Below are positions 9,928 through 19,266 of a stretch of DNA of 35,185 nt, piece by piece. The DNA comes from an uncultured Gammaproteobacteria bacterium (GTDB lineage: Bacteria > Patescibacteriota > Patescibacteriia > Magasanikbacterales > GWA2-37-8). The position numbers were made by a program, and so were the translations under genes. The stretch covers positions 1-35,185 of the forward strand of contig CAYIJG010000003.1 of assembly GCA_964363685.1 (NCBI GenBank). The letters are read 5' to 3'. The notes beneath the pieces were generated by a model. The model ran no database searches. It saw nothing but the letters and a program-made list of their open reading frames with translations, and was not told where the DNA came from. Positions within the stretch are counted from its first letter, which is position 1, and each line of letters opens with the position of its first letter.

Positions 9928-11529
9928 TTAATCAAAATGTTTCAAGGCACCTAGCTGTTTTCTATTGTATGGACTAAAAGATTTACTATCGCTATATTTA
10001 GAACAGCCCTTAGCATTACACGCGCGTACAGAAAATTTATAATTACGGTTAGGAAGTATATATGGGATTCCAATCGTTTTATTGGTCTGAGTTATCTTAT
10101 TAAAGACTACCGTCTTGTTGGTTTTAACATCTACTAAACGCAGGGTGTAATATGTTCCATCTCCTCTCCAATGTAAGTTCACCTTGCGTGACGAAAATAT
10201 ATTAGCAAATAAATTTATTGGCACTTCCGGTAATATTGCCACTGGCGGTTTATCATTTGTATCATTACTATTTGTCACATACCCACTTGGCGGTGTATTA
10301 CTACACACAGAAATTGTATTATTTGGATTCCCCAAACCATCATGGTCAGCATCCGCATAGTAAGTCTGACTAACGCTAATAGTTGCATCATTATCATTAC
10401 AATCAACACCGGTGTTTATACCGTCATTGTCGTGATCATTATCATTGGTGTCATTACTATTGGTCACATATCCAGTTGGCGCTACACTTGAACAGACGCT
10501 GGTAGTAACACTAGGACTACCTAAGCTATCACTATCTGCATCTCGGTAATACACTTGGTTGGCGTGCACACTCGCATTGTTATCATTACAATCTACAGTA
10601 CTTGCAAAACCATCTTGATCTGCATCAACTACGGTTGGTGTAGTTGCCGGACACGTAATTGGATAGTTATTATATACCATAACATTACTTGAAGCAGCGT
10701 CGTTGGTAATAACAATTTTAGCTTTGCTATTAGCGCAATCAGGAATAATAGTAATGCCTTCATCGGAAGCTCCGGATACTGGTAATTGGTAACTGTTTAC
10801 AATATTTCCAGTTAAACTGTATTCTTTCATTTTATCAACGCCGTCAAAAATAACATATAACAATCGAGTGAGTGTATTGTAATGAAGCCCTGCAACATCG
10901 GTATACGTGACTGGGATTTGAGCTACAGAAGTAATGCTTGTACCGTTACTATTTATATTAAAGTTATAAACGCGTAACATGGCTTCGGCTTGAGATGCAG
11001 CCACAAAAAAACCTCCGGACAGCGCTGTCCCCCATGATGCAGGCGCATAAGTTGCTGGTACATAAGTCAGCGCTTCAAATCCTGCACCGCCATTTACCAC
11101 CATGTCAGACAATGTCCATGATTTGTTGGCAACTTTAGCCCCAGTACTTAAATTAAATGCCTCGATCTTGCTACCCGCTTCATTTGCTATATAGACAATA
11201 TGGTCAACGGCCGATGTATCGGTCAAAGTCACATCTTCAAGATCCCCGCCAGGAAACCAGTAGTGCGCCACACTACCAGTATCACTAACAACCGCCACAT
11301 CACCATCATCACCATTGGTGATATATCCATAACCGCTAAGATATGTGACGCCACTAGCTTCAAAGCCATCGGCGGTAGTGTTGAGACTGACTAATCCAGA
11401 AGCGATTTGTGTTCCAACAGGACTTGCTGGCCAAGGTGAAGCAGCGTGTACGGTGGTGGCAAAGAGTAATACAAAAAGACTAATAGTAAGGCTAAAGGAT
11501 AGGCGTTTGGATATAGATTTGCTATACAT
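9928..11529 (-). CDS. secreted multidomain surface protein
   Basis: Signal peptide (...ATTVHAASP), then an N-terminal beta-propeller-like region. Two Asp/Cys-rich metal-binding-type repeats follow (DADQDGF..CNDNNA...YYRDADSDSLG and DNDGI..CNDNDA...YYADADHDGLG). C-terminal fibronectin-III-like domain. Confidence 0.75.
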   Translation of the reverse strand: MYSKSISKRLSFSLTISLFVLLFATTVHAASPWPASPVGTQIASGLVSLNTTADGFEASGVTYLSGYGYITNGDDGDVAVVSDTGSVAHYWFPGGDLEDVTLTDTSAVDHIVYIANEAGSKIEAFNLSTGAKVANKSWTLSDMVVNGGAGFEALTYVPATYAPASWGTALSGGFFVAASQAEAMLRVYNFNINSNGTSITSVAQIPVTYTDVAGLHYNTLTRLLYVIFDGVDKMKEYSLTGNIVNSYQLPVSGASDEGITIIPDCANSKAKIVITNDAASSNVMVYNNYPITCPATTPTVVDADQDGFASTVDCNDNNASVHANQVYYRDADSDSLGSPSVTTSVCSSVAPTGYVTNSNDTNDNDHDNDGINTGVDCNDNDATISVSQTYYADADHDGLGNPNNTISVCSNTPPSGYVTNSNDTNDKPPVAILPEVPINLFANIFSSRKVNLHWRGDGTYYTLRLVDVKTNKTVVFNKITQTNKTIGIPYILPNRNYKFSVRACNAKGCSKYSDSKSFSPYNRKQLGALKHFD

Positions 11530-11600
11530 AGCGTAAAGGTTAATAATTAAACAGTACTCTAGTTAGAGTACTGTAAAATAATCAGATTGGCAATAGAACT

Positions 11601-12602
11601 TTATGGCTCTATCCGCACATTTGCATTACAACTAGCAGTTGCGCCTCCACCAGATCCAACACATGTCCATGCCCAAGGACCTTCGCCAGTTACCGGACTA
11701 ATAGTACCTGACGCACAAAGATTGGTGGTTGGAGCAGAAATCAAAGTCATATTATTGGATGAACCACAGACGCCATTTGTAATATCTAAAACTTGTAGAG
11801 GAACTGGGAAAGCCTTGCAACTGGCAACTTCTGCGCCTTCTTCACCAGCGCATGTCCATGTCCATGAACCTTGAGACGTTATTGGACCTGTGACCGCACT
11901 CGCAGTACCACGAGAACACAAATTTGTAGTCGGCGCATACGAAACTGTACTGTTGTGAGCCGAACCACAAAGACCACTCATGAGATATTTTGGCGCGCTA
12001 CAGCTGGCAGTGGCGCCACCATTTAAGCCCACACATGTCCATGCCCAAGGACCATTACCAGTCACAGTGGTTGGCGTACCACCAGTACAAAGATCAGACG
12101 CTGGAGCAGTGACAGACAGCTGGCCATTGGCAAAACCACAGGTGCCGTTTATCATTGCTAAAATACCAGGCACAATGACACAAGCTCCGTCCACACAAGA
12201 TGTATTATCTTTACATATAATAGAAACCGATTCAATTGAATTTCCAGTATTGCCACAAAAATATTCAAATACTTTTGTATCATTACCACAATAATCTACC
12301 TTAGAAGTAACTACATTATTACTAGGATCTTTGACGGTCGCCTCGCCTTTAACTGTAGAGACATTTCCACCGTCTGTATCACTACAAACCCACCCTGATT
12401 GTGTGGCATTTTTTACTGGGGTGACTGATTTGGGTGTTTTTGTATTTTCTTTGCCTGGCTGTCCATCAGCTGGCGCAACTTCCGTACCTGTTTTGACCTC
12501 TGTGTCTGTTTTAATATTTGGAACGATATTGGAACAACCTGCGCCGACTAGTACCAGACCAGCGCTAATTGTGGCTAAAAATAAAAGAAGCGACTGTTTC
12601 AT
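11601..12602 (-). CDS. lipoprotein with Cys-rich module and three CG...WTC repeats
   Basis: Lipobox LVGAGC. A C.DTDGG...EYFCG...C.DGACV module, then 3 x about 55-aa repeats of the form CG....APT.NLC..G.......G.W.WTC.G..G...SC. Confidence 0.75.
   Translation of the reverse strand: MKQSLLLFLATISAGLVLVGAGCSNIVPNIKTDTEVKTGTEVAPADGQPGKENTKTPKSVTPVKNATQSGWVCSDTDGGNVSTVKGEATVKDPSNNVVTSKVDYCGNDTKVFEYFCGNTGNSIESVSIICKDNTSCVDGACVIVPGILAMINGTCGFANGQLSVTAPASDLCTGGTPTTVTGNGPWAWTCVGLNGGATASCSAPKYLMSGLCGSAHNSTVSYAPTTNLCSRGTASAVTGPITSQGSWTWTCAGEEGAEVASCKAFPVPLQVLDITNGVCGSSNNMTLISAPTTNLCASGTISPVTGEGPWAWTCVGSGGGATASCNANVRIEP
11625..12149 (-). repeat. three tandem in-frame coding repeats (about 160-170 nt each)
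   Basis: Protein residues about 152-326 of the lipoprotein form three related units. The locally higher G+C creates spurious antisense ORFs. Confidence 0.7.
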
Positions 12603-12711
12603 ACGATGATTTTATATATAAATTAAGGTTTTATTAGATATTAATCATACCACTACTTTATAACACTTGTCTATTGTTTATAAAAAATAGACCAGTATAA
12701 AATGTTAAAAC

Positions 12712-13194
12712 CTATTTAGACAGCAACAAAGATACCTGCTTAATAATTTCATCATCGTTATCCGTGTAGTGCAATGTTTTTATTCCAGCTGCCTTCGCTG
12801 CTTCAATGTTGCCCATTTGATCGTCGATGTATAAGATAACTTCGGGTCGAACTTTTAATTTGTCCGCTATAAATGAATACGCACTCGAATCTTTCTTGCT
12901 TAACCCATAGTCGTTGGCTGCAAAGATATGCTCGAATATCGTTTCAAGTTGTGGCCTTATGAGTGGATGATTTTGGATAATGTCTGTTGTGAACAAGTTA
13001 ACAGAATACTTTCCTCTCATGGACTTAAAGAAATCAAGAAGTTTACTGTTGAGCTCAAAATATTCAAAGACATTATAATTCTCGCCAAACTTCTCCGTTA
13101 GGTCGCGATGCATTAAATTAAGCGCGCCAGAATAATTTTTATCCTTAGGCTTTATGATGACTCTTGAGAAATCAGAAATAATTGTTGTGTACAT
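12712..13194 (-). CDS. HAD-superfamily hydrolase (short form)
   Basis: 160-aa ORF. N-terminal IISDFSRVII (motif I-like) and C-terminal ILYIDDQMGNIEAAKAAGIKT (motif IV region). Confidence 0.65.
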   Translation of the reverse strand: MYTTIISDFSRVIIKPKDKNYSGALNLMHRDLTEKFGENYNVFEYFELNSKLLDFFKSMRGKYSVNLFTTDIIQNHPLIRPQLETIFEHIFAANDYGLSKKDSSAYSFIADKLKVRPEVILYIDDQMGNIEAAKAAGIKTLHYTDNDDEIIKQVSLLLSK

Positions 13195-13265
13195 ACTTAC
13201 TTATTAAAATACATTTCCAACTATGGGTTTGAGACAAAATTGGAATATCTTAAATTGAAAAATAG

Positions 13266-13670
13266 TTAAGGCCTGAACTTCCCGGTCGCAAGCACAGCAC
13301 AAGTTTTCTCAATTCTAGTTTTGTTCTCCTCCTTATCTTTAGCCGACTCTATCCAATCCACAAAATCTCTTTTAGCGTCAGGTGTGAGACCGCTCCACAC
13401 AGCTTTCGCCTTTGGGTTAACTCCAAGGGCTTTATATAGATTTATAGGTACGATGGCATAACAACAAGGACGACGCTTACCAGCCACAAGCTTTGAGCAA
13501 GCTACACTAATACGACGACTACGCGTCTCCGCTTGTTTGGCTGATTCTATCCAACTAATAAAATCTCGGCGCGAGATAGGCGTGAGATCTTGCCACTGCG
13601 CCTTGGCCTTTGGGTTAGCGCTGACGGCTTTGGCAAAATCGGCTGGCACTTTGGATTTTGATGTTTTCAT
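13266..13670 (-). CDS. tandem YdeI/OmpD-associated (bacteriocin-protection type) domain protein
   Basis: Two internal repeats: W.(D/G)LTP..(R/K)RDF(I/V).WIESAK..E.(R/K)..RI. The first repeat is followed by the GKRRPCCY motif typical of the family. Confidence 0.75.
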   Translation of the reverse strand: MKTSKSKVPADFAKAVSANPKAKAQWQDLTPISRRDFISWIESAKQAETRSRRISVACSKLVAGKRRPCCYAIVPINLYKALGVNPKAKAVWSGLTPDAKRDFVDWIESAKDKEENKTRIEKTCAVLATGKFRP

Positions 13671-13724
13671 AATATCATTCCATTCGAAAGTGAAAATGGA
13701 TTTTTATTTCACTCATTACATTTA

Positions 13725-13754
13725 ATTATAACAGTCTGTTATACTTTGGGTCAA
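13725..13754 (-). promoter_or_regulatory. sigma70-type promoter (TTGACC-18-TATAAT) overlapped by a perfect palindrome
   Basis: Minus-strand reading gives TTGACC at 13754-13749 and TATAAT at 13730-13725. The palindrome TATAACAG-T-CTGTTATA (13727-13743) spans the spacer and -10. Confidence 0.55.
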
Positions 13755-13804
13755 TTAGGGAGATAAGGGTGGATTACCTGTTCTATATTTTTTAAGTATT
13801 AAAA

Positions 13805-13829
13805 ACAGCCCCAAATCAGTCGGGGCTGT
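13805..13829. terminator. bidirectional hairpin terminator (ACAGCCCC-loop-GGGGCTGT)
   Basis: 8-bp G/C stem flanked by AAAAA upstream and TTTTT downstream, located after the 13861-14064 ORF. Confidence 0.65.
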
Positions 13830-13860
13830 TTTTAATTTCTGTGATTTCCAATTAAGTTGA

Positions 13861-14064
13861 CTAAGGAGTAGGTGCAGGTTCTGCGGGCTTGGTAGTATCT
13901 GTTGGGAGTTTGATATCGACGGTAGTTCCAGGCTGTTGAGGTTGTGCAGAGTTTTTTTGTAGCATCGGCAATCCGTATACAAAGAAAACAACCGCTAATC
14001 CTGCAAGAACCACAATGGCGACAATGGCCACCATGCTTCCGTTTCCTGAGGTTTCTTCTGTCAT
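13861..14064 (-). CDS. small membrane-anchored protein with Pro/Thr-rich tail
   Basis: 67-aa ORF. One TM (MVAIVAIVVLAGLAVVFFVYGL) followed by the tail ...KLPTDTTKPAEPAPTP. A terminator lies just downstream. Confidence 0.5.
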   Translation of the reverse strand: MTEETSGNGSMVAIVAIVVLAGLAVVFFVYGLPMLQKNSAQPQQPGTTVDIKLPTDTTKPAEPAPTP

Positions 14065-14470
14065 ATAGATAAATTTAAAAATAAATATAGTAGTCTATGT
14101 ATGATTTTTTTAGGTGGTTCTTTAGAATAAGCAGTAAATTTAAAATGTAGTACTTAATTTTTTTCTTTTTCTTCATCTGCTACATCTTCTTTTGCTTCTG
14201 CTACCCCTTCTTCCACCGCGTCTTTCGCTGTTTGGTACGCTTCTTCCTCCACCGCGTCAGCTAATTTATCGTCTGCTGGATCTGATATAGATTGCATATA
14301 TTTTATATTAAGAATAAATTACATATTTTTTATTTTGTATTGTTGATTAATCAATTATTTAATCGACTAACAATTTAATTGTACATTCTAGTAGATTGTT
14401 CGTCAATAGCTAGTAAAACAAATTTTCATTTAGCAAAATTAGAACCGGAAAAATACGGCTATGATTATAC

Positions 14471-14498
14471 AAAAAACGAAGCACTAAATACGCTTCGT
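14471..14498 (-). terminator. rho-independent terminator of the 19012-14567 operon
   Basis: Minus-strand ACGAAGC-GTATTTAGT-GCTTCGT followed by TTTTT, 6 nt after repeat R1. Confidence 0.6.
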
Positions 14499-14504
14499 CT
14501 ACCT

Positions 14505-14533
14505 TGGCTCCGTTTGTGGAACGAAGTTAGAAC
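14505..14533 (+). repeat. R repeat copy 1 (TGGCTCCGTTTGTGGAACGAAGTTAGAAC)
   Basis: One of four same-orientation copies of a 29-nt motif. Lies 33 nt beyond the stop of the 636-aa minus-strand gene. Confidence 0.75.
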
Positions 14534-14566
14534 TTGTTTGGCTAATAGTTCAGATCGATTTTTACC

Positions 14567-16477
14567 TTAAAAAACCACAAGAGCAGTATTGCCAATATAA
14601 GCCCAAAGACTTTTAAAACTAGAAACACTAACAGTTCTTGGTCCACGCCAAGGATCATTCACAATTATAGAAGTTGGATTTTCTACATTTCCCACAAAGC
14701 CTTTTACCACTACCGAATGCATCCCGCGATAACCGGTAGCGCCTGAATCCAGTAGAAACGTACCTGACGAGCCGAGCTGATTGTGCACCCAAATTATTAC
14801 AGGATTACCCCTTTCTACCTCTTTTACTAGATCGACAATATTCCAATTCCTTTTTAACTCTACAGAACGATATTTACTTATAAAATCATATATTGGCCCC
14901 CAATGCACGCCGTAACCTTGCACCCAATCTACATTTGGATCTCCACCCTCACCAACTGTTGCCTTGATAGAACCTTCCGAAAGAGCGGTTCCTCTATAAG
15001 CAAATACCATGCGGGTGGCGGCAATATTGCAAGTAAAAGTTTCGCTTTGGTAATACATAGGTACGTCCAAAGAAAAAACTTTATTTTTTGTGGTAAATGA
15101 ATAATTGTAATCTTCATTTGAGTCTAATCCATACACAGTTTTGATACTCTTTTTTAACTTTATACTATATTTTGTTGAATTATCCAGAGAACGACTGAGA
15201 GAAAACACCATTTTATTACCTTCCCAAGAAAAAGACCCTGGAATATTTGGATACATAGAAAAAGAATTTTCCGCTGAATTGTGATCCACCTCTTGATCAA
15301 ATTCAATTACCACTCTGGATAAATCGATAGATAGGCCATACGAAGCGTCTTTGGGATATATTGATGAAACCTTAACTTCTCCAACTACACTAAAATTTAC
15401 CTCTATATCATGGTCAGTTTTTCCACCATATTTATTTTCCATCTCACTCAAAAATTTGATTGTATAATCAACACCCTTTTTAAATTCATGACTTGGTAAA
15501 AAAATAAAAGTTTGCTCATCTTCCCAATTTATTTTACCGGTAGTTGTTGGACTAATGTAAAATTTTTCTACCACGCTCGTATGATTCATAGCTTCAGAAA
15601 AAACTATTTTTATAGGACTATCAACTCGCACAGTATTTCCTTGGTCATACAATTTAATGAAGGGAGAAGCTACGGTCTTAAAGTTAATTTTCTGAATCAA
15701 CTCCAAATCACCCTTTTCAATATCAGAAAAATCTTTGACACGATAAGAGCGCCCAGCTCTAGAGATTGATAAACTATATTCACGGTCCTGCAGAAGTGGT
15801 TTTGAGAATATTAATTTATTCTTATTATTATCTGACTTGTCGACAGTAAAATTAATTAGTGGACTGATCTCATAAACCCAGTTTACGAATTCCCCACTCG
15901 GCGCGTCAAAAATTATTTCAAAAGGGTCTTTTATGCTAATATTTTCTTGACCGTTTTTCGGGTAAATCTCTTTAATATTAGGAAGATTGGGGGAGAAAAA
16001 TTCAATAGATTGTTCGTGTTTTTCACCACCAGGAAATAATCTTTTCAAACCCACTATATATACTACAATTTTGGTCTCCGGATAAAAAGATTCTTTGGGA
16101 ATAAAAATCGCTCTATCTTTGTACCGTCCAGAAAAAAATGGTAAAGCATTTTGAAAAACCCAATCACCTTCAACTTCCGGGGACATACGAAGAGATACAT
16201 TCTCTGGATTAATAGGGACCGTAAAAGATACTTCGATTGGTTGATGCGCCTCTACTAAATACCCGGCCTCAGACACAGTTTCCAACCGGAGAAAGGGCCT
16301 TGAAAATAAAGTAACGAAAGAGAAAAATAAAACAAAAACAATAACCGCCGTATTTAATAGAACCAAAAGACGATAATATCGTTGTTTCTTATAAAGTAGA
16401 AAATTAGACACAGCTACAATAATAATAGCGATAAAAAATATTAAAATACGTGTTTTAAAACTTAAGAATGAGTCCAT
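14567..16477 (-). CDS. membrane-anchored Ig-like repeat protein with C-terminal C39-like peptidase domain
   Basis: 636-aa ORF with N-terminal TMs and several about 90-aa beta-rich repeats. C-terminal papain-fold signature: FTCNIAATRM (Cys) and MHSVVVKGF...IIVNDPW (His/Asp). Confidence 0.7.
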   Translation of the reverse strand: MDSFLSFKTRILIFFIAIIIVAVSNFLLYKKQRYYRLLVLLNTAVIVFVLFFSFVTLFSRPFLRLETVSEAGYLVEAHQPIEVSFTVPINPENVSLRMSPEVEGDWVFQNALPFFSGRYKDRAIFIPKESFYPETKIVVYIVGLKRLFPGGEKHEQSIEFFSPNLPNIKEIYPKNGQENISIKDPFEIIFDAPSGEFVNWVYEISPLINFTVDKSDNNKNKLIFSKPLLQDREYSLSISRAGRSYRVKDFSDIEKGDLELIQKINFKTVASPFIKLYDQGNTVRVDSPIKIVFSEAMNHTSVVEKFYISPTTTGKINWEDEQTFIFLPSHEFKKGVDYTIKFLSEMENKYGGKTDHDIEVNFSVVGEVKVSSIYPKDASYGLSIDLSRVVIEFDQEVDHNSAENSFSMYPNIPGSFSWEGNKMVFSLSRSLDNSTKYSIKLKKSIKTVYGLDSNEDYNYSFTTKNKVFSLDVPMYYQSETFTCNIAATRMVFAYRGTALSEGSIKATVGEGGDPNVDWVQGYGVHWGPIYDFISKYRSVELKRNWNIVDLVKEVERGNPVIIWVHNQLGSSGTFLLDSGATGYRGMHSVVVKGFVGNVENPTSIIVNDPWRGPRTVSVSSFKSLWAYIGNTALVVF

Positions 16478-18012
16478 ATATTATACATATCTTCTAAATT
16501 TTTATATAGTACCGGACCACTGTCTCTTGAATTCAAATAGACATCGGTGTAATTAAAGAGTTCATCAACTTTTGATTCGTCTACATGAAACCAATCTGGA
16601 TGACTTAAGAAAACTACGACGGTTCTTTTTTCAAGCGGCTCGCCAACTACTCCCCAATTTGAATTAAACCTCTCTATCATTTGTTCTGCAGTATACCACC
16701 ATGAGTCACCTCCATTGTTTGGAAATTCCCATATTTTCATATTTGGTGCCCTAGCTGAATTTTGATCTTGCGTATTGGGCTGATACGGCTGCGAGGTAAT
16801 TGATAAATCCCAAAATCCAGGAATTTTATTTATACCAAAATTGTATTTTGTTCTACCAGAAGTGTCTACGGTAAAACCGTTATCTTGTAAAACCTTTAAC
16901 GTAGTTACGTCTGCAAACCAGCCACCAGAGCGATAGGTGGTTGGCGTTCCGAACCCAAGATTTTTAAAAAAAATTTTTGACCATTTTACCATTTTGTCCA
17001 GCTCGCGATAACCAAAATTAGTTACCAGAATATCATACCCGTCATCATATGGAAAACCCCAGTATGTTAAATCGTACAGTTGTTTCTTTTTTAATTTACT
17101 TTTATCAAATATAACGGTAGTGCTCGGTGAGCTCGTAACGGAGTTCTCGGCCAACGCATAAAAATCTAGCTCAAGATCAGCTAGATCTTTTTCCGGAATA
17201 TCTATATGTGCGGCCTTAAGATTTTCATAAAACATATGCAAATGCAAACCCAAACTATGACCTTTGTTGGTTTTTCTTTCCAACAACCAATCTCTTATAT
17301 GGTCTCGTTGTGCTTGCGGAATAGTTTTGGTAATAAATAGTCTTGGATTTATTAGATGGCTCAGAGGAAAATTATCATGTTTTTCAGAAAGAGCGTCTAT
17401 TTTTTCCAGATATTCATTTTTTACATTATAACCCTCCCAATCAAAACTCCAAGCGACATATAAAGGATAAGAAATAAAAATATGTTCATAAAAACCTAGT
17501 GACTGGCCACAAGCAAACTCTACTTTTATATTGGCCTTGTATTTACCAACAGGCAAACTAGTTACATTTATTTTTTCCTCAAACAAAAGCTCACCTACAT
17601 TTATTAGAGAGCTCGTAGCAAAGTAACCAGACACCACATTGTTTGTCAGCTGTTCATTTTCCGTATTTACTAGCTCATAAAAAATCTTTATAGAATCCGG
17701 CCGATCGAAATATCTTTTTGCTTTACTGCCAAGCTTCACTTTTAAAATTACTTGCTTTTCTTCTTCTGCAAATTCATCACCGATTAAAATCCATTTTTTA
17801 TCGGGCTCTACCAGATCAATCAACTCATTTCTTTTGTTCTCAAAATTATTACAGGTCCAATCCTTAAAAAAAAGATCATTTGGATTTTCCGATTTAATAT
17901 GTAAAAAAAATATTACAAAAAGACTACAAACTAAAAATAGCGTTAGCCCAGCTAGCACATGCCAAAATCTTCTAGATCTTCTTTCTCTGCCAAACAGTGG
18001 CCACTTTATCAT
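16462..18012 (-). CDS. membrane-anchored hypothetical protein, possibly polysaccharide-deacetylase-like
   Basis: 516-aa ORF with one N-terminal TM. WSFDWEGYNV and GLHLHMF segments vaguely resemble NodB-type motifs. Overlaps the downstream gene by 16 nt (operon). Confidence 0.5.
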   Translation of the reverse strand: MIKWPLFGRERRSRRFWHVLAGLTLFLVCSLFVIFFLHIKSENPNDLFFKDWTCNNFENKRNELIDLVEPDKKWILIGDEFAEEEKQVILKVKLGSKAKRYFDRPDSIKIFYELVNTENEQLTNNVVSGYFATSSLINVGELLFEEKINVTSLPVGKYKANIKVEFACGQSLGFYEHIFISYPLYVAWSFDWEGYNVKNEYLEKIDALSEKHDNFPLSHLINPRLFITKTIPQAQRDHIRDWLLERKTNKGHSLGLHLHMFYENLKAAHIDIPEKDLADLELDFYALAENSVTSSPSTTVIFDKSKLKKKQLYDLTYWGFPYDDGYDILVTNFGYRELDKMVKWSKIFFKNLGFGTPTTYRSGGWFADVTTLKVLQDNGFTVDTSGRTKYNFGINKIPGFWDLSITSQPYQPNTQDQNSARAPNMKIWEFPNNGGDSWWYTAEQMIERFNSNWGVVGEPLEKRTVVVFLSHPDWFHVDESKVDELFNYTDVYLNSRDSGPVLYKNLEDMYNIWTHS

Positions 18013-19012
18013 AAAAATAGGTTACTAGAGATATGCTTATTATAATTAAAAATTGTATTAACCAGACTGTTTCTGCGGCAAATGTTGCGTGATTTAAAAA
18101 ACTAGATAAACCTAAAATTAGGATCACATTAACCAAAAAAATAAACAAAGCTCTGTTGCCTAAAAATATAAAATATTTATTTAGGACACTTGCTTGGCTG
18201 ATATATTTGTATAGTAATACTACCCCGAAACTATAAATAATTCCATAGAGTAAAAATAAAATAGATGGCGGAAATCTATACCACAGAGAAAGTCCTGAAA
18301 TTCTTAAAAAAACAAATAAAATCGAACACATTATAAAAATTAATAGAGCCGGTGATTTACCGACGCTACTTTTTTGTGTTCCACCAGCAATGAATCCAAA
18401 AACAAAGGTAGGAAAATAAGACAAAACTCCATAACTATGAGTATGCCCATTGCCCACCATCAAGGTTTTCACAACAGTTAAAAAATCACCCCCTCCATCA
18501 AGTGTATACAGCCATCCACCCAAAAAATAAATAATGAAAGAAATTAAGATAAATACTATTGGTCGCTTTAATAATTTTTTTAAAACTGGAGAAAAAATTA
18601 AAATTAGAATAATATAAAGAAAAAATGGAATAATAAACTCAGTAAAGACAGGTAAATATTGAAAGGTCAAAATAGAATGGAACTGGTCAATTGAGATACC
18701 GTTAAAAAGAAAATAATAACTAAGATATGCTGCTACATAATAAATGAAAAGCAAAAGCAACATTCTTTTAACTTGTTTTTTTAAATTTATTTTTTTATTG
18801 TCAGATAATTTTAAACCATAGATATAAGCAAAACAAAATAAAAAGGTGCTAAAACTGACTGTTGTCCCCCACCATATCAATCTATCTAAAATAAAATTAT
18901 ACTCTTTTACAAAAACGACATTGATATGAGCAGTGAGCATGAAAAAGATCGCGCTTCCTCGTAGAAAGTCAATTTTTGCAAATCTTTCTTCTGTGGGTAA
19001 GTTTAGAAGCAT
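17972..19012 (-). CDS. acyltransferase-3/DUF1624-like polytopic membrane protein
   Basis: 346-aa ORF with about 10 TMs. N-terminal IDFLRGSAIFFMLTAH motif typical of acyltransferase-3 / heparan-alpha-glucosaminide N-acetyltransferase-like families. Confidence 0.6.
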   Translation of the reverse strand: MLLNLPTEERFAKIDFLRGSAIFFMLTAHINVVFVKEYNFILDRLIWWGTTVSFSTFLFCFAYIYGLKLSDNKKINLKKQVKRMLLLLFIYYVAAYLSYYFLFNGISIDQFHSILTFQYLPVFTEFIIPFFLYIILILIFSPVLKKLLKRPIVFILISFIIYFLGGWLYTLDGGGDFLTVVKTLMVGNGHTHSYGVLSYFPTFVFGFIAGGTQKSSVGKSPALLIFIMCSILFVFLRISGLSLWYRFPPSILFLLYGIIYSFGVVLLYKYISQASVLNKYFIFLGNRALFIFLVNVILILGLSSFLNHATFAAETVWLIQFLIIISISLVTYFYDKVATVWQRKKI

Positions 19013-19091
19013 AGCTTATTATATAAAGCATACCATAATAATGAAGAACTCACTACGTCTTCAACAACCAGGTAAACTCCCTCCGGTTCGG

Positions 19092-19127
19092 CAAAAACAA
19101 AAGAGGCCAGATCACTTTGACTGGGCC
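19092..19127 (-). terminator. rho-independent terminator after the 95-aa ORF and repeat R2
   Basis: Minus-strand GGCCCAG-loop-CTGGCC (one bulge) followed by TCTTTTGTTTTT. Confidence 0.55.
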
Positions 19128-19202
19128 CCGTAGACATAAACCAATTTTCAATTTATCTGATATTACAGATAAACATGCCCTTTCGAGTGTGTTTACCTCA
19201 TG

Positions 19203-19231
19203 TGGCTCCATTTATGGAACGACGTTAGAAC
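19203..19231 (+). repeat. R repeat copy 2 (TGGCTCCATTTATGGAACGACGTTAGAAC)
   Basis: Lies 36 nt beyond the stop of the 95-aa minus-strand ORF. Similarity to R1 extends about 20 nt further (TT.TTTGG..A..TAGTT). Confidence 0.75.
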
Positions 19232-19266
19232 TTTTTTGGAAAGATAGTTGGTTTACTTGGTATTCT

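Noticed and set aside
11587-12609. Plus-strand ORFs 11587-11874, 11980-12294 and 12331-12609.
   Set aside because: They are antisense to the repeat-containing lipoprotein gene. They stay open only because that region is locally G+C-richer, and their products are low-complexity.
14379-14570. Track ORF of 63 aa on the plus strand ending in ...PWLRLWNEVRTCLANSSDRFLP.
   Set aside because: As a whole it has a TTG start, runs across a minus-strand terminator hairpin and overlaps the convergent gene stop. Only its R-repeat-encoded tail is noteworthy, and that is discussed under the R repeat finding.
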